From contig JAUCBJ010009066.1 in assembly GCA_032718475.1 (NCBI GenBank), positions 1-64,000 on the forward strand: 64,000 nucleotides of DNA, in the 5' to 3' direction. Below the pieces are notes generated by a model. That model did no database searches. It saw only the letters and a program-made list of their open reading frames with translations, and had not been told where the DNA came from. This document shows positions 1-12,753 of the stretch, piece by piece. Position 1 is the stretch's first letter. Every line of letters begins with the position of its first letter. This stretch comes from Nemertoderma westbladi. Its lineage: Eukaryota > Animalia > Xenacoelomorpha. The translations under genes and the position numbers were made by a program.

Positions 1-272
1 CCTTGCTGGCGTACTGCAAGGTGACACAACACTGGATTACGCAATGAGGACGGCCACAAAGGGTGAAGATCTGGGATTTACACTACAAGAACATAGAAGT
101 ACTAGATATCCGGCAACTACAGTCACAGACACCGACTTTGCGGATGACATCGCCCTGCTCTCTAATGCGCTAGCAGATGCACATCTTCTACTGAATAAAG
201 TGGAGAGGGCTACTAAGGAAGTTGGATTGCACATAAATGCTACCAAGACCGAATTCATGACCTTTGAATGTT
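1..272 (+). mobile_element. RTE-clade LINE reverse-transcriptase fragment, cut by the window edge
   Basis: Translates as LAGVLQGDT...DYAMRTATKGEDLG...DTDFADDIALL...GLHINATKTEFM. It is a close inverted copy of about 4600-4880 with a small internal deletion. Confidence 0.9.
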
Positions 273-434
273 GATGTAAACTATGAATAATACAATTAGT
301 AATACCCATGTTTATACATTAGGCTACTTATGACAGAAGGTAGGGTAGGACGATACTGTATTATTGATTAACTGAGATCTCACCAGTATTATGTAGGCCT
401 AAACTACTCTGAACTCTCAACAATACTACTGACC

Positions 435-895
435 ATGCTCAATCACGTAACAATGTATTGGAAAGCTAAGTTTGCTGTGCTTATCACGGTTATACTGATC
501 CTCATTTACATTTCGTCTGATACTGGGATTAAGACCATTTTAACTTCATCAGACTATGTTATTAAAAATATCGACTATTATGACAAAGGAAATTACATGA
601 AAAACAATTCGTATGGTACGCAGAAAGCTGCGAAACCCAGTGGTAGACCTATAATTTGGGTCTTTGGTGAAGGCAAGGGCGGTACATCACTCATTGGCGA
701 TATTATAGCTAAAGAAACCTCAGTGTTCTATTACTACGAACCTGAACATATAGTTAACGACGGTTACGTTAAACTCTCTGATGACAATGAGTACTCAGAT
801 GAAAAAAAAGCAAATGAAATTCTAAAAGTTATTCATCAACTAGTCAATTGTGAATTTAGAGATGACAATATATTACGGTTCTACGCGTGTTCGAG
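435..895 (+). CDS. Carbohydrate (Gal/GlcNAc-6-O-type) sulfotransferase-like protein, exon 1
   Basis: N-terminal type II TM segment (FAVLITVILILIYI), 5'-PSB-like GEGKGGTSLIG and YYYEP motifs. Ends at AG|GTAAG, phase 2. Confidence 0.8.
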
Positions 896-920
896 GTAAG
901 CATTAAATTAATTAATTAGT

Positions 921-1345
921 ACCACTACTACTACTAGGATCGGCATGCTGCATTGCAGCTGCATTTTTAAGAATGCTGTGCCGGCTTGTCAACAAAATTG
1001 CGCCGCCACAACTCCCTATCACCCATGACATTTGTTAGATCATCCGCATCTTCAAGGCCAGTGTCCTTTAAGATGCGTCTCAAGAAAGTCATGGGCTGTC
1101 CACCATGCTTATTCACTCCATGAGGCTGCCAAAGTACAAGATTATGCACTGGCTGGTCCACACGGCGAAAGCAATGTCCTGCAAAGCGGAGGCGATTTTG
1201 TTCTAGTGTCAAGCTTGGGGGAACCAATGAGACACCTCCAATGTTATATAGTGTCTGGTTGGAGATGTGTTCATTGTACTTGACACAATGAACCCGGCGT
1301 AGCATTCTTGTGAATGTGCCATCCAGAGATTTGGTGTCTAAGGAG
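921..1345 (-). mobile_element. 5'-truncated RTE LINE 3' fragment in the sulfotransferase intron
   Basis: LDGTFTRMLRR...RLRFAGHCFR...LVLWQP...DRELWR resembles an RTE C-terminus. It has a (TAG)n tail at about 921-937 and is clearly diverged from the 3963-7384 family. Confidence 0.85.
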
Positions 1346-1720
1346 TAGGTGGGATGGGGAAGGGGGGGGGGGGGGGGGGGGGGGGGAGGGGCTATGGACG
1401 CAATTAAAAGTAAATTATTCAGTCATCGGGGGAAAATCGACGCGAATACCAAATACCAGCTGATTACTCGCGAAAATAAAACGGTAACCTGTTCTATATT
1501 TTTATTTAATACTTATATTAAAATCCTTTTTGTCAGGCATTTTAAAAAAGAAGCATTCACTTTTTGGGGTGTCTAGACCCTAAATTTGGGGTAATGTACA
1601 GTATCAAGCGAGTGCAGCGAGGGAGGTTTCCATAATTCCAAAAATATACAATGCTAATTAATAGACGCTAAATCCAGTCTTATTGTGTCAACTTTTATCT
1701 AAAATGTTTTTATTTTCTAG

Positions 1721-2480
1721 TTTTATGGGAAGTTGGGGGCGAAACTTCCACCATCGTATGATGGAATTATGCCCCGCAAAACGTGACAAGGGGGGCAAGG
1801 AGTGTAGCAACAATTGCCCCGAACTCAACCGAACAGACTTAACCAACATGTGCCGAAACAGCAAACAAATAGCCCTAAAGACGATCAACATTGATCTCGA
1901 TTTTGCGATGAAGTACATTATCAAACACCCAGAAGAAAACCTTAAGGTAGTTCATATATTTAAAGATCCAAGGGCTCATTTATCATCAATAATAAATACA
2001 AATATAAAAATCCATGAATTTGCCGAGAGACGAGATGATTTATGCCGTAAACTATGGATAGATGTGTCTTTGTGTATAAGATTTAATTTGCCATCTAATA
2101 AGTATATGCTAGTGAGATTGGATGACATTTCATTATACCCATTGAAATATTTGACTTACATTTACGAGTTTATTGGGTTGGAAGTCACCGAAGTTGCTAA
2201 GAACAACATTGAGGGCCTCACTAAAAGTGATGGACGTGGTTATGTTAACAGAAATGCAGAAGAAACAGCTGTTAAATGGGTCTCCTTATTGCCTTATGAA
2301 GACTTAATGGATATAGAGGATAAGTGCTGGGGGGTTTTGGATTACATGGGTTACAGATTAGTTGCTGAAGCGACAAAAGATATACAGGGAAATCTTACAT
2401 CTATAAAACAATATATTTATCCAAGTAAACCGATTGTGTCTTCAAGATATTTTAAAAGTTGTGTTATGGTTGAGGATTAA
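1721..2480 (+). CDS. Carbohydrate sulfotransferase-like protein, exon 2
   Basis: Acceptor tattttctag|T is phase-compatible with exon 1, giving 406 aa. Contains 3'-PB-like VVHIFKDPRAHLSS, VRLDDI..P..IYEFIGL and C-terminal C..VLDYMGY. Stop TAA at 2480. Confidence 0.8.
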
Positions 2481-3962
2481 TTAATGTTGTCTCGCTTAAT
2501 TAAATGTAATAATGTAATAATAATTAAATGTAATGTAATGTAATGTAACTAACTATAGTACTTTTTTTTACTTATGATATTTAAATACTGGTAGATGATT
2601 TTTATAAATTTTATTGGAATAGTTAGAATTAAGTACTCATTCATTCATTGTTTATAATCAAATAAAATTGACATAGTTAATTATGAAGTAAAAAGTGCAC
2701 TACACGAATAAAAACTGACATAAAGTTGATATAAGTAAAGATTAAAATCGTAGATATTATGTATTTAAAAATGATGCGATTACAATTTATGTCTTAACCC
2801 CAAACGAGCCGCCCCCCCCCCCCCCCCCCTCCCCGCCATTCGAGTAGTAATACACACCAAGTGAACTCAAATGTCATTTAACAATTTGGTATAAAGTGTG
2901 GGTGGGCAACAGTTTTGATTCAAATTCCGAAAAACTCCAGTAGGCGCTGGTGCTTCGTTGAAAAGCTGCAGCTGATGCTGTAACAGTCATTTATGAATTT
3001 AGCCTGTTCTTCAGTTGTATGATAAGGTCTCGCAAGGCTCACAAGGTATGTTGTGACTTATTGTGAAGTACAATTTTGCCTGTTGAATTTCAATATAATT
3101 GCTTTTTATTACAATATATAATCCTATTCATGTTTAAATTTAACGTATAGTTCAGAAATCGAACTTTTTTAAGAATACTTAAGTGGGGTAAAAATTATGG
3201 AGAATCTATTTCTGGTATTAGTTATTCAATTATCTGTTGCTTTCATGAATTATTTTCTATATATTTTGTTATTATAAATTATGTACCAGTAGTCCCTTTC
3301 GTTATGTCCTTTTGAAGTCTTTCGTTATCCGGTGGCGTTATTTAGTTTCTATGTAGTAGTTGTTTAAATATGCACTACAAATTTCATTATTTTATAACTA
3401 CTTTATAGGCCTATTTAGTATTGGGTATTTTATATTATCACTTTATTTAAATTCCGTACTTTATATTACTTTCAGGTACTTTATGTTATTACTTTATTTA
3501 TATTACCTTATTTATATTATTATTTATTAGGGGGGTGATTTAAGTGATGGGTGGTGTCCGCAGGCGTCTACAGTTCGCCTTGTTGCGATCCAATTCACTG
3601 TGTCTGGGAGGGGGTCGCAGATCTTGGAGAGGACTTGGGTTTGGGGATGGGGCCGACCTTCGGGGTACCTCCCAAACGCAAACTAACTGAAATAAGTAGT
3701 AAATAGAAATTAATACTTTTCAATTGTGCTTATTTCTTTTGATTATTTTAGTTTAATAATTATTTGCCTTTGAAAACTAACTAATTTTAAGGATACACCT
3801 CACGCAGAAAAGGTCAGACTCTCTGTTTTGCCTTTTTATGTCTGTTTGTCTGCAGAAAAATAGAGAAAAGCACACAACCTCACCAAAAGTATAACTATAG
3901 GATTTTCCAGGTTGGTGAATTCATTTACGATAAATAGTTTTTACGTTTGACGAGCGGTTGTA

Positions 3963-6900
3963 TACTACTACTATTACTAGGTCGAGCGAACTCGGACAGT
4001 GGAAATGAGATCCTACCAGGCTTCCCGATTCTCCATAGTTGTCGGAATTTCGTTTCTCCCAAGTTCAGTATCCCTTTCAAGTTGATCTATATATGTTATG
4101 GCCGGTCGTCCACGACTACGCTTTCCATGAGTTGGTTGCCAGAGAAGTAGATCTGGTATGACCTCATCTTTACTTCGCCAGCAGTGCCCACTGAATCTTA
4201 ATCTGCGTTCACGGAGGGTGGTTGATACAGGTGGTATTGTACCATAAAGCTCGGCGTTTGTCATGTGTTGTCTCCAGCTGATGTTTAGGGCTGCCCTTAG
4301 TAGTCTTGTGTAGCAACCATCAATTCGTTGTTCAAGTGATTTAGTCAGTGTCCAGGTCTCACCCCCGTATAAAAATACACTTTCCACTGTGGCTCGAAAG
4401 AACTTAGTCTTCAGGTGCCTGGAGAGATCTGATTTCCAGATGGTATCCATTTTTGATAGAGCTACCCAAGCCTTTGCTTTCCTAACTTCTATGTCCTTTT
4501 TGCTACTCTCTATCCATGATCCAAGGTACTGGAAGACATCGACCTTCCTTAGTTGATTATTATCAATGGTTGTCAAGTTTCCATCAACATTAAAGGTCAT
4601 GAATTCGGTCTTGGTAGCATTTATATGCAATCCAACCTCCTTAGCAGCCCTCTCCACTTTATTTAATAGAAGCTGTCCATCTTCTAACGTATTAGAGAGC
4701 AGGGCGATGTCATCCGCAAAGTCGGTGTCTGTGACTGTAGTTGCCGGATATCTACTACTTCTGCGTTCTTGAAGTGTGAATCCCAGATCTTCACCCTTTG
4801 TGGCCGTCCTCATTGCGTAATCCAGCACAATTACAAATAGTAATGGTGCTAATGTGTCACCTTGACGTACGCCGGCCAGGATTGAGAAAAACTCAGTTTC
4901 ATCATCTGGTGAGAGTACCTGAGCTTCTGTGTCACAATATAACAATCCAATGCCAGCAACAATTACTTCTGGTATTCCATAAGCTCTTAGGATTTCAAGC
5001 ATTTTACCTCTATGGATGGAGTCGAATGGCTTCTTGAAGTCCACAAAAGTCATGACTGCGGGGAGATTCTTTGACTTAATTCCTTCAATCGGTCTCCGTA
5101 GTGCAAGTATCTGAGCTATTATTGATCTACTTGGTCGAAATCCGTTTTGGCTCTTACGCAGTAGTTTCTCTATGTGACGCCTAATCCTATATAAAATCAT
5201 TTTATTGTATGTTTTGGCAGCTACCACAAGCAGACAGATCCCACGATAGCTTGTTGGTATGCCGAGGTCTCCTTTCTTGGGGAGAGGCTTTAGTTGACCT
5301 TTAGTCCAAATTTGTGGTGGCTTTTCTCCTTTTAACATCCGGTTGCAAATATTCAATAATGGTCTGTTTAGCACTCCGGTTTTCCATACCTCCGCTGGGA
5401 TTTCATCTAATCCACTCGCTTTATTATTGGACATGCTTTTAATGCTTCTTTGGAGTTCGGCAGGTGTGAAGTCCCCTGTTTCTATAGGTAGTGTCGTATC
5501 GTAGCGGTATATATTTTCCTTGTAGGGCTGACCTCGATGTTTGGTGGCTGCCCAAGCAAGTTGCTGAAGTGATTTTTCCACTTCCCAACACGTTCTTCAG
5601 GACTATCGGCTTTGAGGCGCCCCTTTGCACAACTTTTCAGACCAGATACCTCATTTACAGTTTGCCAGGTAAGTCTTGATTGTTGCTGTATGTGAGCAGT
5701 TGTAATTGCTTCAGTTTTATCCTGTATGTACTTTTCCTGGCTGATGTTGTAGGCCAATTTAAGATCGTCCTTAGCTTTCTCAACCTTGTTAATGTTTTCA
5801 GTTGTTGGTTGTTCGGTTTTAACTTTGTAGGCTATCTTAAGAGTTTCTCTCTTACAAGTAACCTCAGAGTTTTGCCATGACACATACTGTTTTCGTTTGG
5901 GTTTCTGGGGGATATGCCTCTTAGCTGATTCCTTGTGAGCTGTTATTATATTCTGGTATATTGAATCGGTGGATTGGTCTTCATCCATTGACTGAAGTGC
6001 TTCAAAGCGGTTTTGAACTTCTACTGTATAAGCATCCTTTACAGCATTGTCAGTTCTGAGTTTCTCCCAGTCATAGTTGATTTGCTTGCTTGTCCTGGGT
6101 TTGCTGGCTCTCAAACTGAGTCTGATCTCTGCAGTCACAATTCTGTGGTCCGAACCAATTAGGTTGAACGAACTGTATGCCTCGCAGTTGATCATGCTGT
6201 TTCTCCACTTTTTGTTTATAAGGATGTAATCCAGTTGTGCTTTGGTTCCATTAGGGTATTGAAAGGTCCATGGCTTCCCCTTACTCTTTTCGAATATGTT
6301 GTTTGTTGGTATCAATTCACATTCTTCCATTAGGTCTAAAAGTAAGTACCCATTTCTGTTGGAACTGGTGTTATAGGTGTAACCCTTGATGTCTTCTGGG
6401 CCAATTTGCGCATTCAGGTCACCAACAATGACTTTAACATTGTGTTTCGGAATGTCCTTAATAAGTCCATGTCCTTAATAAGTCCAGTCAGTTCTTCATA
6501 AAACTTGACTGCTTGTTCTGGCTCTGAGGCATTGGTTGGACAGTAGCAGCATATAACTGTTGCCTTGGGATTCCCATCAAATGTTGCGATCATAACCCTG
6601 GAATTTATAGATTCGATGTTGTTTAGGGTCTAAGTGCAAATGGGCTTTAAATGTCACTGTACTTCATGGCAGTGTGTTCATGACAAATCCGATGTTCTTG
6701 GATGCAGATGATGTCGATGTTATATTCCATTGCCAGAGCGACCATGTCACCCTGTTTGGTATGTGCTTTCAGCGTGCGTGCGTTCATTGTAGCAATCTTT
6801 AGTGTCTTTTTACATTTCAACAAGTTGGTTCTTCTCTCTTCTCTGTCTTCTGTTCCAGTAGCCAATTAATCGACCCCAGCCTGGTGTACCACTGAGGGAC

Positions 6901-7384
6901 GCGGTCCTTGTTGACCCGGGCGACGACCGAGCCGGTATTTCTCCTGGAGGGTTCTCATACTCATAACTTTCAGTTGCGGGAGTAAACCGCTTGTGGTCGC
7001 AACTCCTACAAGCGTCTTCGCAGCAGGTCGCCGTTGGTTGATTACCTTCCGCCGACCTTGTCAGCATGTCTAGTAGTTGGTTGATTACCTTCCGCCTATC
7101 CATGGCCTACAGCCCTGCTGCCGACTGTAGGGGTCCTTTTGTTAGGCCCTGAATCAAGTGTGCCTCCTGGGTTAGGTTACCTAACACTGGTAGAGGAGAA
7201 TTCAGTATAGACAGGGCGGGGCGTGTATCATCTCTAATGCAGATGCGTATCAAGCCTGTGCCTTCAATGGTGCCCTAGGCGCTATAGCCCTCAATGACTT
7301 ATTTAGTTGACGGGGCTAAACCAACCCACTCTTGATCAACTAAATAATGAATAGGCTATGCTTATCGGGCCTGCCCTACTGGGC
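3963..7384 (-). mobile_element. Near full-length, degenerate RTE-clade LINE (APE endonuclease plus RT)
   Basis: APE motifs (IATMNARTL, DIICIQEHR, GDLNAQIG, QLDYILI, SDHR) and RT motifs (FVDFKKPFDS, GVRQGD, FADD, YLGS). (TAG)n tail at 3963-3980. Disrupted by frameshifts near 5500 and 6640, a 17-bp tandem duplication near 6453-6486, and a probably premature stop at 4013. Confidence 0.92.
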
Positions 7385-7877
7385 TTCTTCATTATTTTTT
7401 AACAGACAAACAAACATACAGGCAGTGTAGATCCTCAAATGTTAAAAATAGCTTAAAAAATGGAATTACCATTAAAGAAAACCCCCGAAGCGAAAATTTT
7501 GACTCGATTGTGAATTTCTATATTTTTTGACAGACGACAAATACCGACAAAATGATACCGACAGGCAGACAGACACACGCACAGACAGAAGACAGACCAG
7601 AATCAATAAAACATACACGTGGTTTCAATTTGAAACTCACCTTTAAATTATATCTATATGAAACCATCAACACCACAAGAACAACACTGCCAACCGCTGA
7701 ACTACTGTTCAGACCTCATCTGGTGTTCATGGATGTCAACAACTGCAGCAAGGTCAATACTATCTCAACAAGTGGTGTTAGTTCTACTTGGCGCAGTGCT
7801 GTTAGTCCTGGTGTTTATAAGTTTAGTTTAGTTTAGCATGCAAATTATAAAGTTTAGTGATTTTCCTTAGAGTGACA

Positions 7878-8185
7878 TGGGGTTGTGAGGGCCAAGTCGA
7901 GTAGAGTCAAGTGGGTCACTGGGGAGATGTAGTCTGGGTCTCTCCTGTCTGACATTGACCGGGGTTGTCAGGGCCGCGTTGGGATGCTGGCCAACTGAGG
8001 AGATGTAGTCTGGGTCTCTCCTGTCTGACATTGACCGGGGTTGTGAGGGCCGCGTTGGGATGCTGGCCAACTGGGGAGATGTAGTCTGGGTCTCTCCTGT
8101 CTGACATTGACCGGGGTTGTGAGGGCCGCGTTGGGATGCTGGCCAACTGGGGAGATGTAGTCTGGGTCTCTCCTGTCTGACATTC
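7878..8185. repeat. 76-bp GC-rich minisatellite, about 4 copies
   Basis: ggggttgt recurs at 7961, 8037 and 8113 (period 76), with a variant first unit from about 7878. Confidence 0.9.
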
Positions 8186-8850
8186 ACTTCGTGGTGGGTT
8201 TGGACCAGGCAGGTCATCAACAGAAAATTGAAGAAAGTCCAAGCTGACTTCCCACTCTGGAGTAAATGTCAGAGAGCAACTAGATCAGATATCGATGCCG
8301 GATTCGAAGCGTACTCGATCTATTCCGAACTCTACCGCGGTTCCTCTTAGAGATGCAACGACAACGATTAGATAAAGTTATTGAAAGAGTAAAACGCTTT
8401 ACTGCAAATAACATGTCAGTATTATTGCCAAATTGATTCGGATTCGACATCCAATAATTATTATCGGCACCAATAATCACAGCATTAGTTTGTTCATAAA
8501 GATCTACGTCACAACTACGTCATAAAGGACTACGTCACAACATTTACGACGCCAAAGTCCGCCATCACCTTCCAACACACTGGAATATCCCTGATTTAAC
8601 ATAATTTAAAACAATACCTTCAATTAATTAATCCAAAACTTAGAAAAAATATACTAAATGTAAAAAAATCATTTGGTTAATGATGAGAATTGTTAATGTA
8701 ATTAAGTTTCAAAAGAATCTGTCACATTCCATAATCGAATTCGTCGATCGATACTTAGTGAGAATGGCTCTAACTGACTGACCTCCTAAACTACTGTGTA
8801 GGTACTACTGCTGCATTGGTCAGCATAATGTTTCATCTAATCGAACAATT

Positions 8851-9562
8851 TTAAGTTTGTCTCTTATTCATTGGGGTGACGCACCATTCTGTAGTACTAG
8901 TTCTAGAGACGTTGCTATTCCTCGAGATCTGGTCGTCTGGTAACGGCGTGGTCCGCCACTCCTGGGCGCGACTACTCCGCACAAACGGGGACGACGATGA
9001 TTGCTCGCCGCCATGGCAACGCGGGGAACGACGCGAACTCGGCGATCCCGGGTTCGAAACCGACTCGATCCATTCGGAAACGTAGTCGCTATGCGACGGA
9101 GTGGTGGCGCCGCGGGAGGCCGGGTTGCCGGGGCGACCGGCACCGTCGCTATGACGCCGACATCCATCGGGTTGACGCCGGTGTTCCGGGGGGCACCGCG
9201 ACGGGACTGAGTGGTCCCGATCCGGCTCGCGATGGCTCCCTCGAGCGCCCCCCAGCGGCCCCCGATGGAACCCAGTTCGCTCCTCGTCCCTAGACGACCT
9301 CCCGTACGCGTCCCGCCGCTCGGACCACCGCCCGTCGCGCCGCCCCCATCGCTCCCGACGGTAACCGTTCCTCGACTCCCACCCGGACTCTCTCCTGATT
9401 GGCTGATGATCCTGGCTCCGTTTGTTACACTCAGTTCGCCTCTCCATAGTGTCCCACCCTCTCGACTCCTCCCTTCGGTCGCCCCCCAATACATTATCCG
9501 GACTAGATCTCTTCTTTTTCTTTCTCTTTTTCTTCTTCTTTTTGTGTTTTTCTTTATTGACT
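8851..9562 (-). CDS. USP36/USP42-like deubiquitinase, last coding exon (Lys/Arg-rich tail)
   Basis: Acceptor tttttttcag|A, phase 2. Reads VNKEKHKKKKKKRKKKKRS then an R/S/D-rich region, like the basic C-termini of USP36/42. Stop at 8851. Confidence 0.7.
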
Positions 9563-9720
9563 CTGAAAAAAAAACAACATAAAAATTTGATCTGGTTGCT
9601 TTTCTCCGCACATTCGTTTTCAACCAACATGATTTTCAGTCTCATACGGAAGTTTTCTATTGATCGCCACGGACTGGCTGCATCTCATTATGACTATATT
9701 TATAACTTTTTCTCACTCAC

Positions 9721-9853
9721 TCCTCAATATGCCTGTAGTAATCCATATTAGATTTTGTATCCGTCAGCGGTTTGGTATAATCGTAATTTCCAATAATTAG
9801 TTTGTAGTTACTGACGTCTCCACTGCCGTCGTTCAGTTCATCAACAACATCTG
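9721..9853 (-). CDS. USP36/42-like exon
   Basis: TAG|CAG acceptor (NAGNAG, alternative start 9850). Open frame ADVVDELNDG...YYRHIE, donor GA|GTGAGT. Phase 1 in and phase 2 out match both neighbours. Confidence 0.65.
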
Positions 9854-10011
9854 CTATAGTGATACAATTAATTACGTCATTATTGGACTTCCGAAGTAAC
9901 TATATTAATAAACTAACAAATTCATTATGTAATACTTCCCATATTTTTTTTAAAAATAAGTAAAAATAATAATTATTTTATATATGAATGATGAACATTT
10001 GAAAATCTCAC

Positions 10012-10138
10012 CTTGAACTTTTTTATTTGGTGTTTTTACAGGAGTTATGGTATTCGGTGAAGTTTTCCTCTCAGATGGTTGGGGTAGAATATCTTTACTA
10101 GGTGTTTTTTGCTCGGATTTATTTGGAGTAACACTGGT
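10012..10138 (-). CDS. USP36/42-like exon (low complexity, SP/TP-rich)
   Basis: Acceptor tctcag|ACC, donor AAG|GTGAGA. Reads TSVTPNKSEQKTPSK...; phase 0 to 1. Confidence 0.7.
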
Positions 10139-10852
10139 CTGAGACAAAATAAACATTGAACATAATATGGGAGGTGGAGGGGGGTCACCCGTCGTATAAA
10201 GTTGTACATTATATTACAACCAGGGATACATACAACGTTAGCGGCACATAATATAACTTAATAACAAAGTAACTTAACGTTCTTTAAGGGATTATTATCA
10301 ATAATAGTGAATATACAGTTGGGTCAAACAAATCGCGCCAAAAAAATGGTTTAAAAATACTAAAAATTAATTTAACCAAAATAAAGTATAATAAATATAT
10401 TATAAGAGCATTTTTGTGTGTAAAATAATGATCTCGTTCAGTTTTTATTTCAAGTTTATTCCCATAAACTGGGTGCCCTGCCTGTAATAATGAGTCCAGC
10501 CCAGCCCACCATGGCTGTAATTGGACATTTTTGTTCAGCTCATACCGAATTTACGAATAATCAAAAAATGGAAAACTGTATTATAAATATATTGTAAGAT
10601 CTATGGAAAGATCATTTTTCTGTGTTTTGACATAGTTATTTATAATCACTTCACTGGCAAAAACGTCAGAATGTTAATTAATTAATGGATTAAATGGTAA
10701 ATCAGCTGTAATAGAACTGGAGTGGATTAAATACGAAAGCAAATTGATGAGGCCTAATAGACCAAACACGTATAGCCCTGGTTCAACCCCCGGTTAAAGG
10801 CTTCCAAATTTTTCAAAATATCAAATTTATAATTAAATTTATAATTAGTTAC

Positions 10853-10999
10853 CTTTCTTACTCCATTCATTGTAGAACAGCCCTCCGAACTTGGGATGTG
10901 GTTACTATCGTTACTATCAGGGGCATCTGTTGGGGAAAATTGTTTCATTTTGATATCGCGGATCTCTGCATCGCCAAAGCTTGCATTCGAACCCAAACA
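10853..10999 (-). CDS. USP36/42-like exon
   Basis: Acceptor ttacag|TGT, donor AAG|GTAAC. 49 codons CLGSNASFGDAE...; phase 0 to 0. Confidence 0.65.
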
Positions 11000-11579
11000 C
11001 TGTAATAAGCAATATATATTATAATAGAAAAATAATAGGGTTGGTGCGGGAAAAATAATATTTGGGTAAAAATAATCGAATAAGGTGTAACATGGTGCCT
11101 CCAACCGTGCGGCGGGGTTTCTTCGTTAATTAACATTAAGATTTAGGTCAGCGCTCATGATCTCCATTGGCTGTTCAATAAGAATCTATAGTAACTGGTA
11201 TTTATACGTAATAAATGATATCGGACGTGAATTAAAGAAATTTCGGATTCGTATGGCACAATAACAATACGTGATATTAAATTTGCAAGAACTTTGCTTT
11301 ACTAAGTAAGTGGATATTAATTATTTATTATTGAAAACAGCATATCCAACCAGTTTTCGTATAAAATGAAACAATTTTGTCTTTTTGTTTTCATAAATTT
11401 AGTTTCGTTTCGTTTCGTTATTAAACAATCTATGAAATTTTTGTTTTGCTTCCAAAGTTGTTAATTCGTTTTTCGATTCGTTTAAATATTTTTCAAAAAT
11501 GTCTTAGATGTTTTAAATAATTTTAGCCACGTATAACAAACCACGCAAACTTTTCAACTAACCAACTAAACATTTAAAA

Positions 11580-12620
11580 TATAGAGTAGAATGTGGTAGA
11601 ATCTAGTAGAATAGAGTAGAATGTAGTAGAATCTAGTAGAATAGATTAGAATGTGGTAGAATCTAGTAGAATAGAGTAGAATGTAGTAGAATAGAGTAGA
11701 ATGTAGTAGAATCTAGTAGAATAGAGTAGAATGTGGTAGAATCTAGTAGAATAGAGTAGAATGTGGTAGAATCTAGTAGAATGTAGTAGAATCTAGTAGA
11801 ATAGAGTAGAATGTGGTAGAATCTAGTAGAATAGAGTAGAATGTAGTAGAATCTAGTAGAATAGAGTAGAATGTGGTAGAATCTAGTAGAATAGAGTAGA
11901 ATGTAGTAGAATCTAGTAGAATAGAGTAGAATGTAGTAGAATCTAGTAGAATAGAGTAGAATGTAGTAGAATCTAGTAGAATAGAGTAGAATGTGGTAGA
12001 ATCTAGTAGAATAGAGTAGAATGTGGTAGAATCTAGTAGAATGTAGTAGAATCTAGTAGAATAGAGTAGAATGTGGTAGAATCTAGTAGAATAGAGTAGA
12101 ATGTAGTAGAATCTAGTAGAATAGAGTAGAATGTAGTAGAATCTAGTAGAATGTAGTAGAATCTAGTAGAATAGAGTAGAATGTGGTAGAATCTAGTAGA
12201 ATAGAGTAGAATGTGGTAGAATCTAGTAGAATCTAGTAGAATGTAGTAGAATCTAGTAGAATAGAGTAGAATGTGGTAGAATCTAGTAGAATAGAGTAGA
12301 ATGTAGTAGAATCTAGTAGAATAGAGTAGAATGTAGTAGAATCTAGTAGAATGTAGTATAATCTAGTAGAATAGAGTAGAATGTGGTAGAATATAGTAGA
12401 ATGTAGTAGAATCTAGTAGAATAGAGTAGAATGTAGTATAATCTAGTAGAATGTAGTAGAATCTAGTAGAATAGAGTAGAATGTGGTAGAATCTAGTAGA
12501 ATAGAGTAGAATGTAGTAGAATCTAGTAGAATAGAGTAGAATGTAGTAGAATCTAGTAGAATAGAGTAGAATGTGGTAGAATCTAGTAGAATAGAGTAGA
12601 ATGTAGTAGAATGTAGTAGA
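11580..12620. repeat. 10-bp satellite with 30-bp higher-order unit, left arm
   Basis: (atctagtaga atagagtaga atgt[a/g]gtaga)n. Confidence 0.97.
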
Positions 12621-12753
12621 CATGACTAACCGACATTACTCTATGGGTTTGTGTAGGCCTAGCCCAGCCCAGCCCAAATCTGCTGATACTTGATGGTTGA
12701 GCTTATACCTGAGATTAACATATTATAATTATGTAATATAGAGGATAGAGGAC

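Noticed and set aside
1362-1392. Poly-G/poly-C tracts (also about 2812, 20429 and 59343) as functional G-quadruplex elements
   Set aside because: Simple homopolymers with unreliable lengths and no other support.
8868-9751. Overlapping alternative-frame and antisense ORFs
   Set aside because: Shadow ORFs of a GC-rich exon. Only the 8851 frame fits the splice phase.
12621-12753. Self-cleaving ribozyme in the CRE-like element 5' UTR
   Set aside because: No hammerhead or HDV-like core was recognisable by eye.
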